Assembly: GCA_964369145.1 (NCBI GenBank)
Contig: CAYJEE010000001.1
Span: 2,052 to 66,051 of the forward strand
Reading direction: 5' to 3'
Length of the DNA: 64,000 nt
Origin: an uncultured Candidatus Saccharibacteria bacterium
Lineage (GTDB): Bacteria > Patescibacteriota > Minisyncoccia > Phycocordibacterales > DATDWN01
In this document: one piece after another, positions 16,476 through 27,012 of the stretch
Layout of the letters: every line of letters begins with the position of its first letter
How positions within the stretch are numbered: the stretch's first letter is position 1
Made by a program: the position numbers and the translations under genes
Notes under the pieces: generated by a model
What the model was told of the DNA's origin: nothing
Database searches by the model: none
What the model saw: only the letters and a program-made list of their open reading frames with translations

Positions 16476-19079
16476 ATGAAGCGATACAATCACACCGCAA
16501 TTGAGAAAAAATGGCAGAAAGAATGGAAAAAGAAAAAAGTGTATCGTACGGAAAGTGACTCTAAGAAGAAAAAAGAATACGTGCTTGATATGTTCCCGTA
16601 TCCTTCGGGAGCAGGGCTCCATGTAGGGCATCCAAAGGGGTATATCGGATCAGATGTGTATGCTCGTATGAAGCGCATGCAGGGTTTCAATGTGCTCCAT
16701 CCGATGGGATACGACGCATTTGGTCTCCCTGCTGAACAATACGCAATCGCACACAAGATTCATCCTCGCAAAGCGGTACTTGAAAATGTAAAAACATTTG
16801 AGAGTCAACTTTCTATTATTGGTCTTTCATATGATTGGGACAGAAAAGTAAATACAACAGACCCTGAATACTACCGATGGACTCAGTGGATTTTCTTACA
16901 GATCTACAATTCATGGTATGACGTATCAAAAAACAAAGCACAGTCGATTGAACGTTTGATTAAACAATTTAAAAAAGAAGGAAATGCCAATGTGAATGCT
17001 GTGTGTGATGAACATACTCCAGTATTTACTGCTGTAGAATGGAACATAAAAAGTGCAAAAGAACAGCAGGATATTCTCATGAAATATCGGCTTGCATATG
17101 AGGGGTATGCTGAGGTGAATTGGTGTCCAGAGCTCGGTACAGTGCTTGCAAACGACGAAGTGGTAGATGGTCCTGATGGAAAACCTGTTTCAGAACGAGG
17201 GGGATATCCGGTAGAGAAAAAGCAGATGCGTCAGTGGTTTATGCGGATCACCGCGTATGCAGAGAGACTCCTTTCAGGACTCGATACGATCAACTGGTCT
17301 GATAGTGTAAAAGAAATCCAGAAAAATTGGATTGGGAAGTCAGAGGGGGCGGAGATCAAATTTCAAATTTCAAATTCTAAATTTCAAAATAATTTAGGAG
17401 AAATAGCTGTGTTTACAACACGAGCGGACACACTTTTCGGCGCGACATATATTGTGCTTGCACCCGAACATCCACTCGTCGGAAAACTTTCTTCTCATAT
17501 TGAAAATATCGGAGAGGTAACAGAATACAAAGCTACAGTTGCGAACAAACCGATTGAACTTCGTACAGACGGTAGCAAAGAAAAAACTGGAATAGAACTC
17601 AAAGGTATATGTGCAACAAACCCGGCTACAGGTGAACAGATTCCTGTGTGGATTGCAGACTACGTGCTCGCTTCATATGGTACGGGGGCAGTGATGGCAG
17701 TGCCAGCACACGATGATCGGGATTTTGAATTTGCACAAAAATATAATTTGCCAATCATATCGGTCATTGATTCACAGAATAACATTCTGGAAAAAGCATG
17801 CACTGAAGAAGGTATCCTCCATAATTGTGGAGAATTTTCTGGTATGACCAGTGTGCATGCAAAAAAAGCGATAACAGAAAAAGTCGGAGGAAAAATTGTT
17901 ACGAAGTATAAAATGCGCAATGCGATTTTTGCTCGTCAGCGATATTGGGGCGAGCCGATACCATTGTGGACAGATGCAGATGGAATTATTCATTCTGTGG
18001 ATGAAAAGAAACTCCCGCTCACACTTCCAAACGTAACATCGTATGAACCGACAGGTACCGGCGAGTCTCCACTTGCGAGTGTACCCCTCTGGACTAAAAA
18101 AGGATTTGAGACCAATACAATGCCAGGATGGGCAGGGTCTTCATGGTACTTTTTGCGCTACATGGATCCTAAAAATAAAAAAGAAATTGCATCGAAAAAA
18201 GCACTTTCATACTGGGGGCAAGTCGATATGTATGTGGGAGGTGCAGAGCATGCGACAGGGCACCTCTTGTATGCACGATTCTGGAATAAATTCCTGAAAG
18301 ATATCGGTATTGTAAAACATGAAGAGCCGTTTAAAACACTTCGCAATCAAGGTATGATTGGTGGCGCTGATGGGCGAAAAATGTCAAAGCGCTGGGGTAA
18401 TGTGGTAAATCCTGATGATGTGGTGAAGACCTATGGGGCAGATACACTCCGTGTGTATGAGATGTTCATGGGTCCATTTGAAGCGGGTCTCCCATGGAAT
18501 ACCGAAAATATTATTGGTTCACGAAGATTTGTGGAACGAGTATGGAGACTGGGCGAGAAAATCAAAAATCAAACATCAAAAATTGCACATACAGAAGAAA
18601 ATAAAAAAGTAGAAACCGTTATCCATAAGACAATACAAAAAGTCACAAACGATATTCAGAATTTTGCGTTTAATACTGCAATATCAAGTCTGATGATTGC
18701 ACTCAATGAACTAGAAAAAAACACTACAGAGACGCAGGTGTACGTACAGAGAAAAGATTTTGAACTATTTCTAAAATTGCTCCATCCATTTGCTCCACAC
18801 GTTACCGAAGAGATATGGAAAGAGTTGGGAAATAAGACGACTTTGGTAAAAGAGATGTGGCCAAAAGCTGACGTGAAGAAAATCAAAGAAACACAGGTAA
18901 CTATTGCGGTCCAGATCAATGGAAAAACACGAGGAGAAGCTATAATCGGGGTAGATAGTGAAGAAAAAGATGTGCTTTTGTTGGTCTATAAAAACCAGGA
19001 TATCACTAAATGGATTGGGGATAAAGAGCTTAAAAAAGTGATTTATGTCAAAAATAGGTTGATAAATATAGTTATTTAA
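16476..19079 (+). CDS. leuS: leucyl-tRNA synthetase
   Basis: HVGHPKGYIGSDVYARMKR (HIGH region), KMSKRWGN (KMSKS); start moved to the MKRYNHTAIEKKW Met. Confidence 0.9.
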   Translation: MKRYNHTAIEKKWQKEWKKKKVYRTESDSKKKKEYVLDMFPYPSGAGLHVGHPKGYIGSDVYARMKRMQGFNVLHPMGYDAFGLPAEQYAIAHKIHPRKAVLENVKTFESQLSIIGLSYDWDRKVNTTDPEYYRWTQWIFLQIYNSWYDVSKNKAQSIERLIKQFKKEGNANVNAVCDEHTPVFTAVEWNIKSAKEQQDILMKYRLAYEGYAEVNWCPELGTVLANDEVVDGPDGKPVSERGGYPVEKKQMRQWFMRITAYAERLLSGLDTINWSDSVKEIQKNWIGKSEGAEIKFQISNSKFQNNLGEIAVFTTRADTLFGATYIVLAPEHPLVGKLSSHIENIGEVTEYKATVANKPIELRTDGSKEKTGIELKGICATNPATGEQIPVWIADYVLASYGTGAVMAVPAHDDRDFEFAQKYNLPIISVIDSQNNILEKACTEEGILHNCGEFSGMTSVHAKKAITEKVGGKIVTKYKMRNAIFARQRYWGEPIPLWTDADGIIHSVDEKKLPLTLPNVTSYEPTGTGESPLASVPLWTKKGFETNTMPGWAGSSWYFLRYMDPKNKKEIASKKALSYWGQVDMYVGGAEHATGHLLYARFWNKFLKDIGIVKHEEPFKTLRNQGMIGGADGRKMSKRWGNVVNPDDVVKTYGADTLRVYEMFMGPFEAGLPWNTENIIGSRRFVERVWRLGEKIKNQTSKIAHTEENKKVETVIHKTIQKVTNDIQNFAFNTAISSLMIALNELEKNTTETQVYVQRKDFELFLKLLHPFAPHVTEEIWKELGNKTTLVKEMWPKADVKKIKETQVTIAVQINGKTRGEAIIGVDSEEKDVLLLVYKNQDITKWIGDKELKKVIYVKNRLINIVI

Positions 19080-19178
19080 GGTGTGGTGTAATTTGCTTGA
19101 CGTTTGCCTCTAAAAATGATACAAATAGAGTACTCTATACCACTTTTTAACCACATTATTTACTTTAAACATACGTTT

Positions 19179-20216
19179 ATGAGCGAAAAAACAATTATTA
19201 CATTCAAACCAAAGCAAGTTTCAAAGCGCCTTATCGGTGTACTTTCTCCTCGTGCGCAGGATGTGATTATTGGACGTTATGGACTTGGTGCTGATACCAA
19301 GCGTATGACTCTCGAAGCTATCGGAAAAAAGTACAAAATCACCCGAGAGCGAGTGCGACAAATCGAAAACTACTCTATTGCAAACATTCGTAAGTCAAAA
19401 GAGTATGAGACAGAGAAAGTGGCTTTTGGTGAACTCAAAACTATCGTCAAAGTACTTGGTGGAATGGTCTCTGAAGAAGATTTGCTCAAACATGTGTCAA
19501 AAGACAAAAGTACACAAAATCACGTACACTTCCTTCTCGTAGTAGGTGAAGAGTTTACAAAAGAAAAAGAGGATCCAGAGTTTAAACACCGATGGCATGT
19601 AGACAAAGATTTGTCTAAAAAGATTCACGAATCACTTCGAAAACTCTATGAAAACATGGAAGATGATCAGATTCTTCCAGAATCTCAAATGATCGAAGCG
19701 TTTCTCGAACACCTCAAAGATGTTGCGACTGAATACAAGAACGAAGAAATCCTCCGACGATGGCTTTCAATTTCAAAAACAATCAATAAAAATCCACTGG
19801 GTGAATGGGGTAAAGCAGATTCTCCAAACATCAACACAAAAGGTATGCGAGACTATGCATTTCTCGTGATCCGACGACATGGCTCACCAATTCACTTCCG
19901 TGAAGTAGCAAAACTTATCGGTGAACTCTTTGGTAAAAAAGCTCACGTCGCTACAACTCACAACGAACTCATCAAAGATCCACGGTTTGTACTCGTCGGA
20001 CGAGGACTCTACGCACTTTCTGAATGGGGTTATATGTCAGGTGTTGTCAAAGACGTGATCAAAGGTGTGCTCGAGAAGAATGGTCCACTTACAAAAGAAA
20101 AGATTATCGAGAAGGTGATGAAAGAACGATATGTGAAAGAAAACACTATCATGGTAAATCTCCAGAACACAAAACTTTTTAAGAAGACTAAGGACGGAAA
20201 GTATTCAATCGCTTAA
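19179..20216 (+). CDS. protein with N-terminal sigma-70 region-4-like HTH and long C-terminal extension
   Basis: LSPRAQDVIIGRYGL...LEAIGKKYKITRERVRQIE resembles sigma region 4.2. Confidence 0.45.
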   Translation: MSEKTIITFKPKQVSKRLIGVLSPRAQDVIIGRYGLGADTKRMTLEAIGKKYKITRERVRQIENYSIANIRKSKEYETEKVAFGELKTIVKVLGGMVSEEDLLKHVSKDKSTQNHVHFLLVVGEEFTKEKEDPEFKHRWHVDKDLSKKIHESLRKLYENMEDDQILPESQMIEAFLEHLKDVATEYKNEEILRRWLSISKTINKNPLGEWGKADSPNINTKGMRDYAFLVIRRHGSPIHFREVAKLIGELFGKKAHVATTHNELIKDPRFVLVGRGLYALSEWGYMSGVVKDVIKGVLEKNGPLTKEKIIEKVMKERYVKENTIMVNLQNTKLFKKTKDGKYSIA

Positions 20217-20424
20217 AATTGTAAAATTACTTCATCTACTCGACTTTATTTTCTTAAGAGTGTAGCGACTTAGAAAATAAGAAGTACCCTTGTGGTATTG
20301 TTGCGATTCAAATTTGTTCACTCACCGTACGAGAAGTACGGCTCGTTTACAAACTTTTCTGCTTCGCGTATCTAAGGTAATTCTGAGAATTTTATTAAGT
20401 TGACTATATCTAATGATAAAATAA

Positions 20425-20460
20425 AAAGAAATATCGCCTTGGCGGTATTTCTTTTTATTT
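20425..20460 (+). terminator. hairpin gaaatatcgcc-ttg-gcggtatttc + T tract
   Basis: intrinsic terminator shape. Confidence 0.55.
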
Positions 20461-20473
20461 GTATACTTAATAC

Positions 20474-21709
20474 ATGGATTTTTCTTTGTTTACCCAACTT
20501 ATCAATACCGCTGGAGTAGCACTCGTATTTAAGGTTATTCTTTTTACAGCTCCAGTATGGCTTACTCTTTTATTAGGTTTGTCGTTGTGGAATATGTGGC
20601 TTGTATATAAGCGTGCACTGTATTTTGCAGGTCTATCTACGGTACTTCTTGAGGTGCGTCTTCCGAAAGAGATTTTTAAGTCACCAAAAGCTATGGAGTT
20701 TTTGTTTACTGCTTTGTGGCAGACAGGTGGAGAAGGTACGTGGTTTGATGTGTATTGGAAAGGTCAGACAAGACCATGGTATTCATTTGAGCTCTGTGCA
20801 ATCGATGGTAAACTTCACTTTTTCATCTGGACTCAAAAGAAATTTAAAAACATGATTGAGGCAAACTTGTATTCTCAGTACCCAGGCATTGAAATACATG
20901 AAGTCTCGGATTACACTCCTGCAGTTTCTTATGATCCTGACACACACAATGCATTTACTGCTGAGTTTGCCTTGACTAAAGCAGATCCTTTTCCAATCAA
21001 GACCTATGTTGACTACGGTATGGACAAAGATCCAAAAGAAGAGTTTAAGATTGATCCGATGACACCATTGGTAGAATTTCTCGCATCAAGTATGGGTGCA
21101 GGGCATAATGCATGGATACAAATCATCGCTCGTGCACACAAAGCAGAAGAGTGGGATCCGGTGAAAAAAGCGCTTGTTGATGAACGGTGGGCAAAAGGTG
21201 CAGAAAAAGAAGTGGAGGCGATACGTGCCAAAACAAAACCGAAAGAGCCGGGGGAGCAAGCTCGAAGATTGACCAAAGTCGAAGAAGATATTATTGTCGC
21301 ACTTCAGCGTAGCGTTACAAAACCAGGCTTTGATGTAGGTATCAGAGCTGTCTACATTGCACCAAAAGATATTTTTAGTCCCACAATTGGTGCAGGTATT
21401 GTAGCGGGTATGAGAAATTATAATTCAGGAGAATTGAATGGTTTTAAAGCGGTGCGCAACCCAGATGCGACAGTAAACTATCCATGGCAGTTTATGAAGA
21501 TAAAAAAGAAGAACCCTTTAAAACTTGAGATGATAGATGCATACAAACATCGAGGATATTTCTACAATGAATTCAAAGCACCTCATTTTGTATTAAACAC
21601 TGAAGAGCTTGCAACCATTTTCCATCTTCCTGGAGGAGTGGCTACTACACCTGCATTTGACCGAATCGGATCAAAGAAGGCAGAGGCCCCATCTAACCTT
21701 CCTCTGTAA
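20474..21709 (+). CDS. membrane-anchored hypothetical protein (411 aa)
   Basis: N-terminal TM pair and a large soluble domain. Confidence 0.45.
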   Translation: MDFSLFTQLINTAGVALVFKVILFTAPVWLTLLLGLSLWNMWLVYKRALYFAGLSTVLLEVRLPKEIFKSPKAMEFLFTALWQTGGEGTWFDVYWKGQTRPWYSFELCAIDGKLHFFIWTQKKFKNMIEANLYSQYPGIEIHEVSDYTPAVSYDPDTHNAFTAEFALTKADPFPIKTYVDYGMDKDPKEEFKIDPMTPLVEFLASSMGAGHNAWIQIIARAHKAEEWDPVKKALVDERWAKGAEKEVEAIRAKTKPKEPGEQARRLTKVEEDIIVALQRSVTKPGFDVGIRAVYIAPKDIFSPTIGAGIVAGMRNYNSGELNGFKAVRNPDATVNYPWQFMKIKKKNPLKLEMIDAYKHRGYFYNEFKAPHFVLNTEELATIFHLPGGVATTPAFDRIGSKKAEAPSNLPL

Positions 21710-21712
21710 TCT

Positions 21713-22732
21713 ATGGACGAAATACATACACAAACAGAAGAACAAAAAGAGACTCTTTTACTCGAAGAGCCGTCTTTTTTTCATACGTACAAACGAGTCT
21801 TTTTGTCAGCACTTATCGCTTTGTGTGCATTGAGTGTGGTGGTGTATGTATCCGTGTGGAGAACTCCAGGAGATTTCCCTGTGCACACTGTCGTTACAGT
21901 AAAAACAGGTGAGAGTTTGGAAGTTGTCACCCAAAAATTCACAACACTGCGGTTGATCCGTTCACCGTTTGTGTTTCGAAGTTTGGTGATTTTACTTGGT
22001 GGAGAAAAAAAGGTAACTGCGGGAGATTATTTGTTGACTGACCGGGAAAGCCCGCTTACGTTGGCGTGGCGTATTATGGAAGGTAAGTTTGGTATGGAAC
22101 CCATAAAAGTGACAATACCTGAAGGGCTAAATAATGAAGAAATTTCTGCTATTCTTGGTAAAAAATTAGTAGTATTTGATAAGGTATCTTTTGAAAGAGA
22201 AGCAGTCAAAAGAGAAGGGTATTTGTTTCCTGATACATACTTTTTTCCACCTACAGCAAAACCAGAAGAAGTGATTGGTCGTATGGAGGATAACTTTACA
22301 GAAAAAATAAAAAGTCTCGAAGCTGATATTCAAGCATTTGGTAAGTCGTTGTCTGATGTGGTGATTATGGCATCGATTCTTGAAGGTGAAGCGAAAGATA
22401 CTGAGTCGAGACGTATCGTAGCGGGGATTTTGTGGAAAAGAATTTCAATCGGTATGCCGCTTCAGGTGGATGCAACGTTTAAATATATTAATGGAAAGGA
22501 TAGTTCTACTCTTACGCTTGAAGATTTAAAGACGGATTCTGCATACAATACATATACAAATAGAGGGCTTCCACCAACACCGATCAATAATCCAGGAATA
22601 GATGCGCTTTTGGCTGCAGTAAATCCAATCAAAACAGATTATTTGTATTTTCTTACAGGTAAAGATGGGAAAATGTATTATGCAAAAACTTTTGAACAGC
22701 ATAAAGTTAATAAGCAGAAGTATTTGAAGTAA
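21713..22732 (+). CDS. mltG: MltG/YceG-like endolytic transglycosylase (paralog 2)
   Basis: ...NTYTNRGLPPTPINNPGIDALLAAVNP...; same architecture as 11457-12269. Confidence 0.75.
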   Translation: MDEIHTQTEEQKETLLLEEPSFFHTYKRVFLSALIALCALSVVVYVSVWRTPGDFPVHTVVTVKTGESLEVVTQKFTTLRLIRSPFVFRSLVILLGGEKKVTAGDYLLTDRESPLTLAWRIMEGKFGMEPIKVTIPEGLNNEEISAILGKKLVVFDKVSFEREAVKREGYLFPDTYFFPPTAKPEEVIGRMEDNFTEKIKSLEADIQAFGKSLSDVVIMASILEGEAKDTESRRIVAGILWKRISIGMPLQVDATFKYINGKDSSTLTLEDLKTDSAYNTYTNRGLPPTPINNPGIDALLAAVNPIKTDYLYFLTGKDGKMYYAKTFEQHKVNKQKYLK

Positions 22733-22881
22733 ATTTTCAAACCCTTACATATGTTTTTTGGAGCACGCATAAATTTCTGCTGAAATTTTGCTCAGTCTCG
22801 GCTACCCGCCTTGCGAAGTCTCCAAAAAATATATGTAAGGGTTTTCTGGCTACTTACTATAAGTATGCTATAAATAAAGTA

Positions 22882-23991
22882 ATGCAAAAGAAAACTAAGG
22901 TTTTTGTGGGGGTTTCTGGGGGAGTGGATAGCTCTGTTGCTTTGGCATTGCTTCAGAAAGACGGATATGACGTTACGGGGGTGTTTTTGAAGGTCTGGAG
23001 CCCTGATTTTCTTCCGTGTGAGTGGCGAGATGAACGTCGCAGTGCGATGCGAGTCTGTGCCCATCTTGGTGTTCCATTTGTAACTCTTGATTGTGAAAAA
23101 GAATACAAAGATATGGTGGTTGACTATATGCTATCTGAGTACAAGGCAGGGCGCACCCCAAACCCTGATGTATTTTGTAATAAATATGTAAAGTTTGGTG
23201 TGTTTTTGAAAAAGGCCCTTGAACTTGGGGCAGACTATGTGGCGACCGGACATTATGCGCAAATTTCCGAAGGTGTTTCCTCGGGATCACACGATGTAAC
23301 TCCTCGGGAAATTTGCTTACTTGAAGCAGAAGACAAAGATAAAGATCAGTCATACTTTCTTTCACAGCTCGGACAACATGAGCTTTCACATGCATTGTTT
23401 CCAATTGGTCATCTTAAAAAAAGCGATGTGCGAAAAATCGCAGCACAACTCAACTTGCCGACGGCAGAGAAAAAAGACAGCCAAGGGTTGTGTTTTATCG
23501 GCAAGGTGGATATGAAAGAATTTCTCAAGCATTACATTGAGACAAAGCCAGGAAATGTACTCGACACGTCAGCAAATATAATCGGCACTCATGATGGTGC
23601 AGAGTTGTATACTATCGGCGAGCGTCACGGCTTTACGGTGACAGAAAAGACAGACCACGATGTGCCTTTGTTTGTGGTATCAAAAAATGTAGAAAAAAAC
23701 ACAATCACCGTCAGCCCTAGGGGTACCCTAGGGCCTGAAGTTTCCCCTAAGTCCAACATAGGGGAAATTGGATTAAGTGGTATGCATTGGACTTCAGGTG
23801 AAGAGGTGGATTTGAGTAAAACATACGGAGTGCGGTTTCGATATCGACAAGAAAAAGTGGACTCAACGATCATAAAAAAAGGTGAAGGGTACGCAATACA
23901 GCCAAGCAGAACTCAGGATGATATTGCCTCCGGGCAAATTGCGGTGATTTATGATGGAGGTGTGTGTGTTGGTGCCGGAGTTGTTATATAA
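22882..23991 (+). CDS. mnmA: tRNA 2-thiouridylase MnmA
   Basis: VGVSGGVDSSVALALL PP-loop; contains an in-frame insertion carrying the CCCTAGGGGTACCCTAGGG palindrome. Confidence 0.85.
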   Translation: MQKKTKVFVGVSGGVDSSVALALLQKDGYDVTGVFLKVWSPDFLPCEWRDERRSAMRVCAHLGVPFVTLDCEKEYKDMVVDYMLSEYKAGRTPNPDVFCNKYVKFGVFLKKALELGADYVATGHYAQISEGVSSGSHDVTPREICLLEAEDKDKDQSYFLSQLGQHELSHALFPIGHLKKSDVRKIAAQLNLPTAEKKDSQGLCFIGKVDMKEFLKHYIETKPGNVLDTSANIIGTHDGAELYTIGERHGFTVTEKTDHDVPLFVVSKNVEKNTITVSPRGTLGPEVSPKSNIGEIGLSGMHWTSGEEVDLSKTYGVRFRYRQEKVDSTIIKKGEGYAIQPSRTQDDIASGQIAVIYDGGVCVGAGVVI

Positions 23992-24015
23992 TTGAAAAAG
24001 AAGGAGGTTCACTAA

Positions 24016-24204
24016 ATGATAACCGGACGAGAAAGAAAGTTTCGAAGAAAGATAAAAAAACTTTCCAAGGAAGAAGAGCGAGCTCGAGATGAACGTTTTC
24101 GTGAAGCGGTTGCTCGACTGGAAGCTGATCCAGAATACATTGCATTACAGGCTGCTTGCCGAAGAGCTGATGAAAGAGGGCCTAATGTTAAATGTACCGT
24201 TTAG
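24016..24204 (+). CDS. small basic protein (62 aa)
   Basis: Arg/Lys-rich ORF with its own terminator at 24212-24250. Confidence 0.4.
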   Translation: MITGRERKFRRKIKKLSKEEERARDERFREAVARLEADPEYIALQAACRRADERGPNVKCTV

Positions 24205-24211
24205 GTGCAGA

Positions 24212-24250
24212 AGGAGGGTGCGTTGTACACGCCCCTCTTTTGTTTTTTCG
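24212..24250 (+). terminator. hairpin gagggtgcg..cgcccctc + ttttgttttttc
   Basis: intrinsic terminator shape. Confidence 0.55.
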
Positions 24251-24271
24251 TAAAAATTTTGTGATAATACA

Positions 24272-25099
24272 GTGATGGATATTCTTATTACAAAAGCGGA
24301 TGGTACAAAAGAAAAATTCGATGTTTCAAAGCTCGAAGGGTCTCTTAAGAGAGCAGGAGCAAATTCTAAAGTCGTTTCAGATATTATTGCTACTGTAGAA
24401 AAAGATTTGTTTGAAGGTGTTACGACCAAAGAAATCTATCATCATGCATTTGACCTTCTAAAAAAAGAGGAGAAACCGATTGCACTCAAGTACTCACTCA
24501 AACGAGCGATTATGGAGCTCGGGCCGTCTGGTTTTCCGTTTGAAAAATTTATTGCAGAAATATTTAAATACAAAGGCTACACAGCAGAGACAGGGAAGAT
24601 AGTCAAAGGTTTTTGTGTGGAGCATGAAGTGGATGTGGTGGCGTGGAATAAAGAAAAACTAGTGATGTGTGAAGCAAAATTTCACAACGACCCCGGTATG
24701 AAATCTGATCTTAAAGTTGCTCTCTATGTAAAAGCGCGTTTTGATGATTTGCGAAAAATGACTTTTAAATACGGAAAGGAGCGCAGGCTTGATGAAGGAT
24801 GGCTCGTAACAAATACAAAGTTTTCTTCGACTGCAATCGAGTATGGATCGTGCCAAGGTGGACTCATTATGGTGGGATGGAACTATCCTCCTCGAGGCAA
24901 TCTCCATGATCTCGTCCTGGAAGCAAAGCTACATCCGGTGACGTGCCTCACTTCACTAACAGGTCGAGAAAAGAAATTTCTACTCCAGCAAGGTTTGGTG
25001 CTCTGTAAATCAATCCTCGAAAACCCTGGACTCCTGCCACTAATGGGACTTTCACCAGTGAAGGCAAAGAAGGTGCTTGAAGAAATTGAAATGTTGTAA
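24272..25099 (+). CDS. ATP-cone domain fused to Mrr-like (type IV restriction endonuclease fold) domain
   Basis: N-terminal ILITKADGTKEKFDVSKL (ATP-cone); central FEKFIAEIFKYKGY...VDVVAW (Mrr catalytic core layout). Confidence 0.65.
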   Translation: MMDILITKADGTKEKFDVSKLEGSLKRAGANSKVVSDIIATVEKDLFEGVTTKEIYHHAFDLLKKEEKPIALKYSLKRAIMELGPSGFPFEKFIAEIFKYKGYTAETGKIVKGFCVEHEVDVVAWNKEKLVMCEAKFHNDPGMKSDLKVALYVKARFDDLRKMTFKYGKERRLDEGWLVTNTKFSSTAIEYGSCQGGLIMVGWNYPPRGNLHDLVLEAKLHPVTCLTSLTGREKKFLLQQGLVLCKSILENPGLLPLMGLSPVKAKKVLEEIEML

Positions 25100-25111
25100 A
25101 TTATAAAAGAA

Positions 25112-25139
25112 AAAAGCGCAGCCGGTAGGCTGCGCTTTT
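25112..25139. terminator. perfect bidirectional terminator aaaagcgcagcc-ggta-ggctgcgctttt
   Basis: between convergent genes. Confidence 0.7.
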
Positions 25140-25159
25140 GATTTGTATCCTTACTTTGG

Positions 25160-26899
25160 TTAGATAAGGATTTGTTGTTTTTCGACATATTCCATGTAGA
25201 GACCTGATTTCTCTAAGAGTTCTCGGTGAGTTCCTGTTGCGGCAATCTCACCGCGATCATTAAGAACAATAATCCGGTCCACTCCTTGTATTGTCGAGAG
25301 ACGATGGGTGATTATGATGGTAGTTCGTCCTAAACACACCTCGTTGATGGTTGCTTGGACATAAGCTTCAGTGATGGCATCCAGGGCTGATGTTGGTTCA
25401 TCAAGCACTAGTATCTTTGCATCACTTGCAAGAGCTCTGGCAATAGCAATTCGTTGCTTTTCCCCTCCACTGAGTCGATTACCCATTTCACCAACTTGGG
25501 TCAAGAGACCTTTGCTGAATTTTGAGAGATCGAGTTTGACAGAGGCACAGAGCTTCAGGAGTTTTTCTTGTGAAAGAGGTGCTGGTGCTCCCATGTTGAT
25601 GTTGTCTTCTATGGTCATTTCCATTGTCAGACAACCTTGATCAACCAATGCAATGTGGCTCCGTAAATCATGGATGTCCACTGCACAGAGATCATGACCG
25701 TCGATTTGAACAACACCGGCCGTCGGATCGTAAGCTCTCACCAGGAGACTTAAGATTGTACTTTTGCCGGAGCCAGAAGCGCCGACAATCGCAACCTTTT
25801 CTCCCACATGAACATGGAAGGAGATATCCCTGAGAACTGGAGTTGAATCCATTTCGCCTTCCTCTGCAGGATAACTAAACGAAACATGTTTGAATTCAAT
25901 GAATCCTGCAACCTTTTCAAGACGAACAGGGTGAGGGATTTCATGTATTGCAGGTGAAGTGTTTATGAGATCGAGAAACCTTTCGGCTGAGGTCGATTCA
26001 ATTAAAGCATTTTGGTATTTCTCACCCAAGGCTTCGATTTTCTCGAATACCTGCTCCCACCACATTCGTGCTGTTACCAGCTCGCCCGCAGTAAGTTTGT
26101 TTTCGTAGTACAAGTAGATGCAGGTGACCATGGCAATATACTTACTGGCAACAAGAATCATGTACATCAGCTCATTTCGCACAGCGATATATGTGTTCGT
26201 TGCTTTCGATACTTCCACTGATTGCTGGTAGATTTTTCGGTACCTTTCTCTCATTGCGTCCTCTTTCGAAAACGCTTTTACCAGAGGCGCACCTGCAAGT
26301 AGGTCGCCACGTTGTTTTGATGAAACCAAGTCTTTCTTCTGACGGAGCTTGATTCGCGGGACGTACTTTTTGCGCATGTGCCATACAGTCAGTCCATAAA
26401 CCAAGAGCCCAGTCATAATAATGAGACCGACAGGTAGATGAAGGCTAAGAAGAATAACAATGGTGATTATTACTCGACTGATTACGGGAGCGATATCTGT
26501 AACCAGTAAGGTCGCTAGCGTTTGTAGTGAGTGCTCCCCGGTTGAAATTATCTCTCGGGACATTCCACTACTCATTTCCTTTAATTGACCGATTGAAAAC
26601 AAGAAGTACTGATTAATCGTCTTCATCCGTAGGTATTCCTGAATAGGGAACCAGACTTTGTTGAGGTTCACCTTTTGGCGTAACAGACGGATTACAGACC
26701 TTGAGACGCCAATCGCGGGGTCCAAGGATGCAATCGCTACAACTAGCCAAATATTTTGGCGTTTAACCATTGCGTCCATCATTATTCCTAACACAAAAGG
26801 GAAGGCCATGCCTAAAAGAGACATGACAAAATTGAGGCTGACGAGGGCGGCAACACTTAGTTTGTGGTTGCCAAAAATCATAACAATGTACTTGAGCAC
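25160..26899 (-). CDS. ABC transporter, fused permease/ATPase (MsbA-like exporter)
   Basis: Walker A GASGSGKST, signature LSGGEKQRIAIARAL. Confidence 0.85.
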   Translation of the reverse strand: MLKYIVMIFGNHKLSVAALVSLNFVMSLLGMAFPFVLGIMMDAMVKRQNIWLVVAIASLDPAIGVSRSVIRLLRQKVNLNKVWFPIQEYLRMKTINQYFLFSIGQLKEMSSGMSREIISTGEHSLQTLATLLVTDIAPVISRVIITIVILLSLHLPVGLIIMTGLLVYGLTVWHMRKKYVPRIKLRQKKDLVSSKQRGDLLAGAPLVKAFSKEDAMRERYRKIYQQSVEVSKATNTYIAVRNELMYMILVASKYIAMVTCIYLYYENKLTAGELVTARMWWEQVFEKIEALGEKYQNALIESTSAERFLDLINTSPAIHEIPHPVRLEKVAGFIEFKHVSFSYPAEEGEMDSTPVLRDISFHVHVGEKVAIVGASGSGKSTILSLLVRAYDPTAGVVQIDGHDLCAVDIHDLRSHIALVDQGCLTMEMTIEDNINMGAPAPLSQEKLLKLCASVKLDLSKFSKGLLTQVGEMGNRLSGGEKQRIAIARALASDAKILVLDEPTSALDAITEAYVQATINEVCLGRTTIIITHRLSTIQGVDRIIVLNDRGEIAATGTHRELLEKSGLYMEYVEKQQILI

Positions 26900-27012
26900 A
26901 CGGTTCTCCTGAAGTAAGTGATGTCAAAAAACTAGAATTAGTCCGCCTGTATTATAGCACACTATATATCAATTTGTCAAGTATTTTTATTGTATAATTT
27001 TGGCATAATGGG

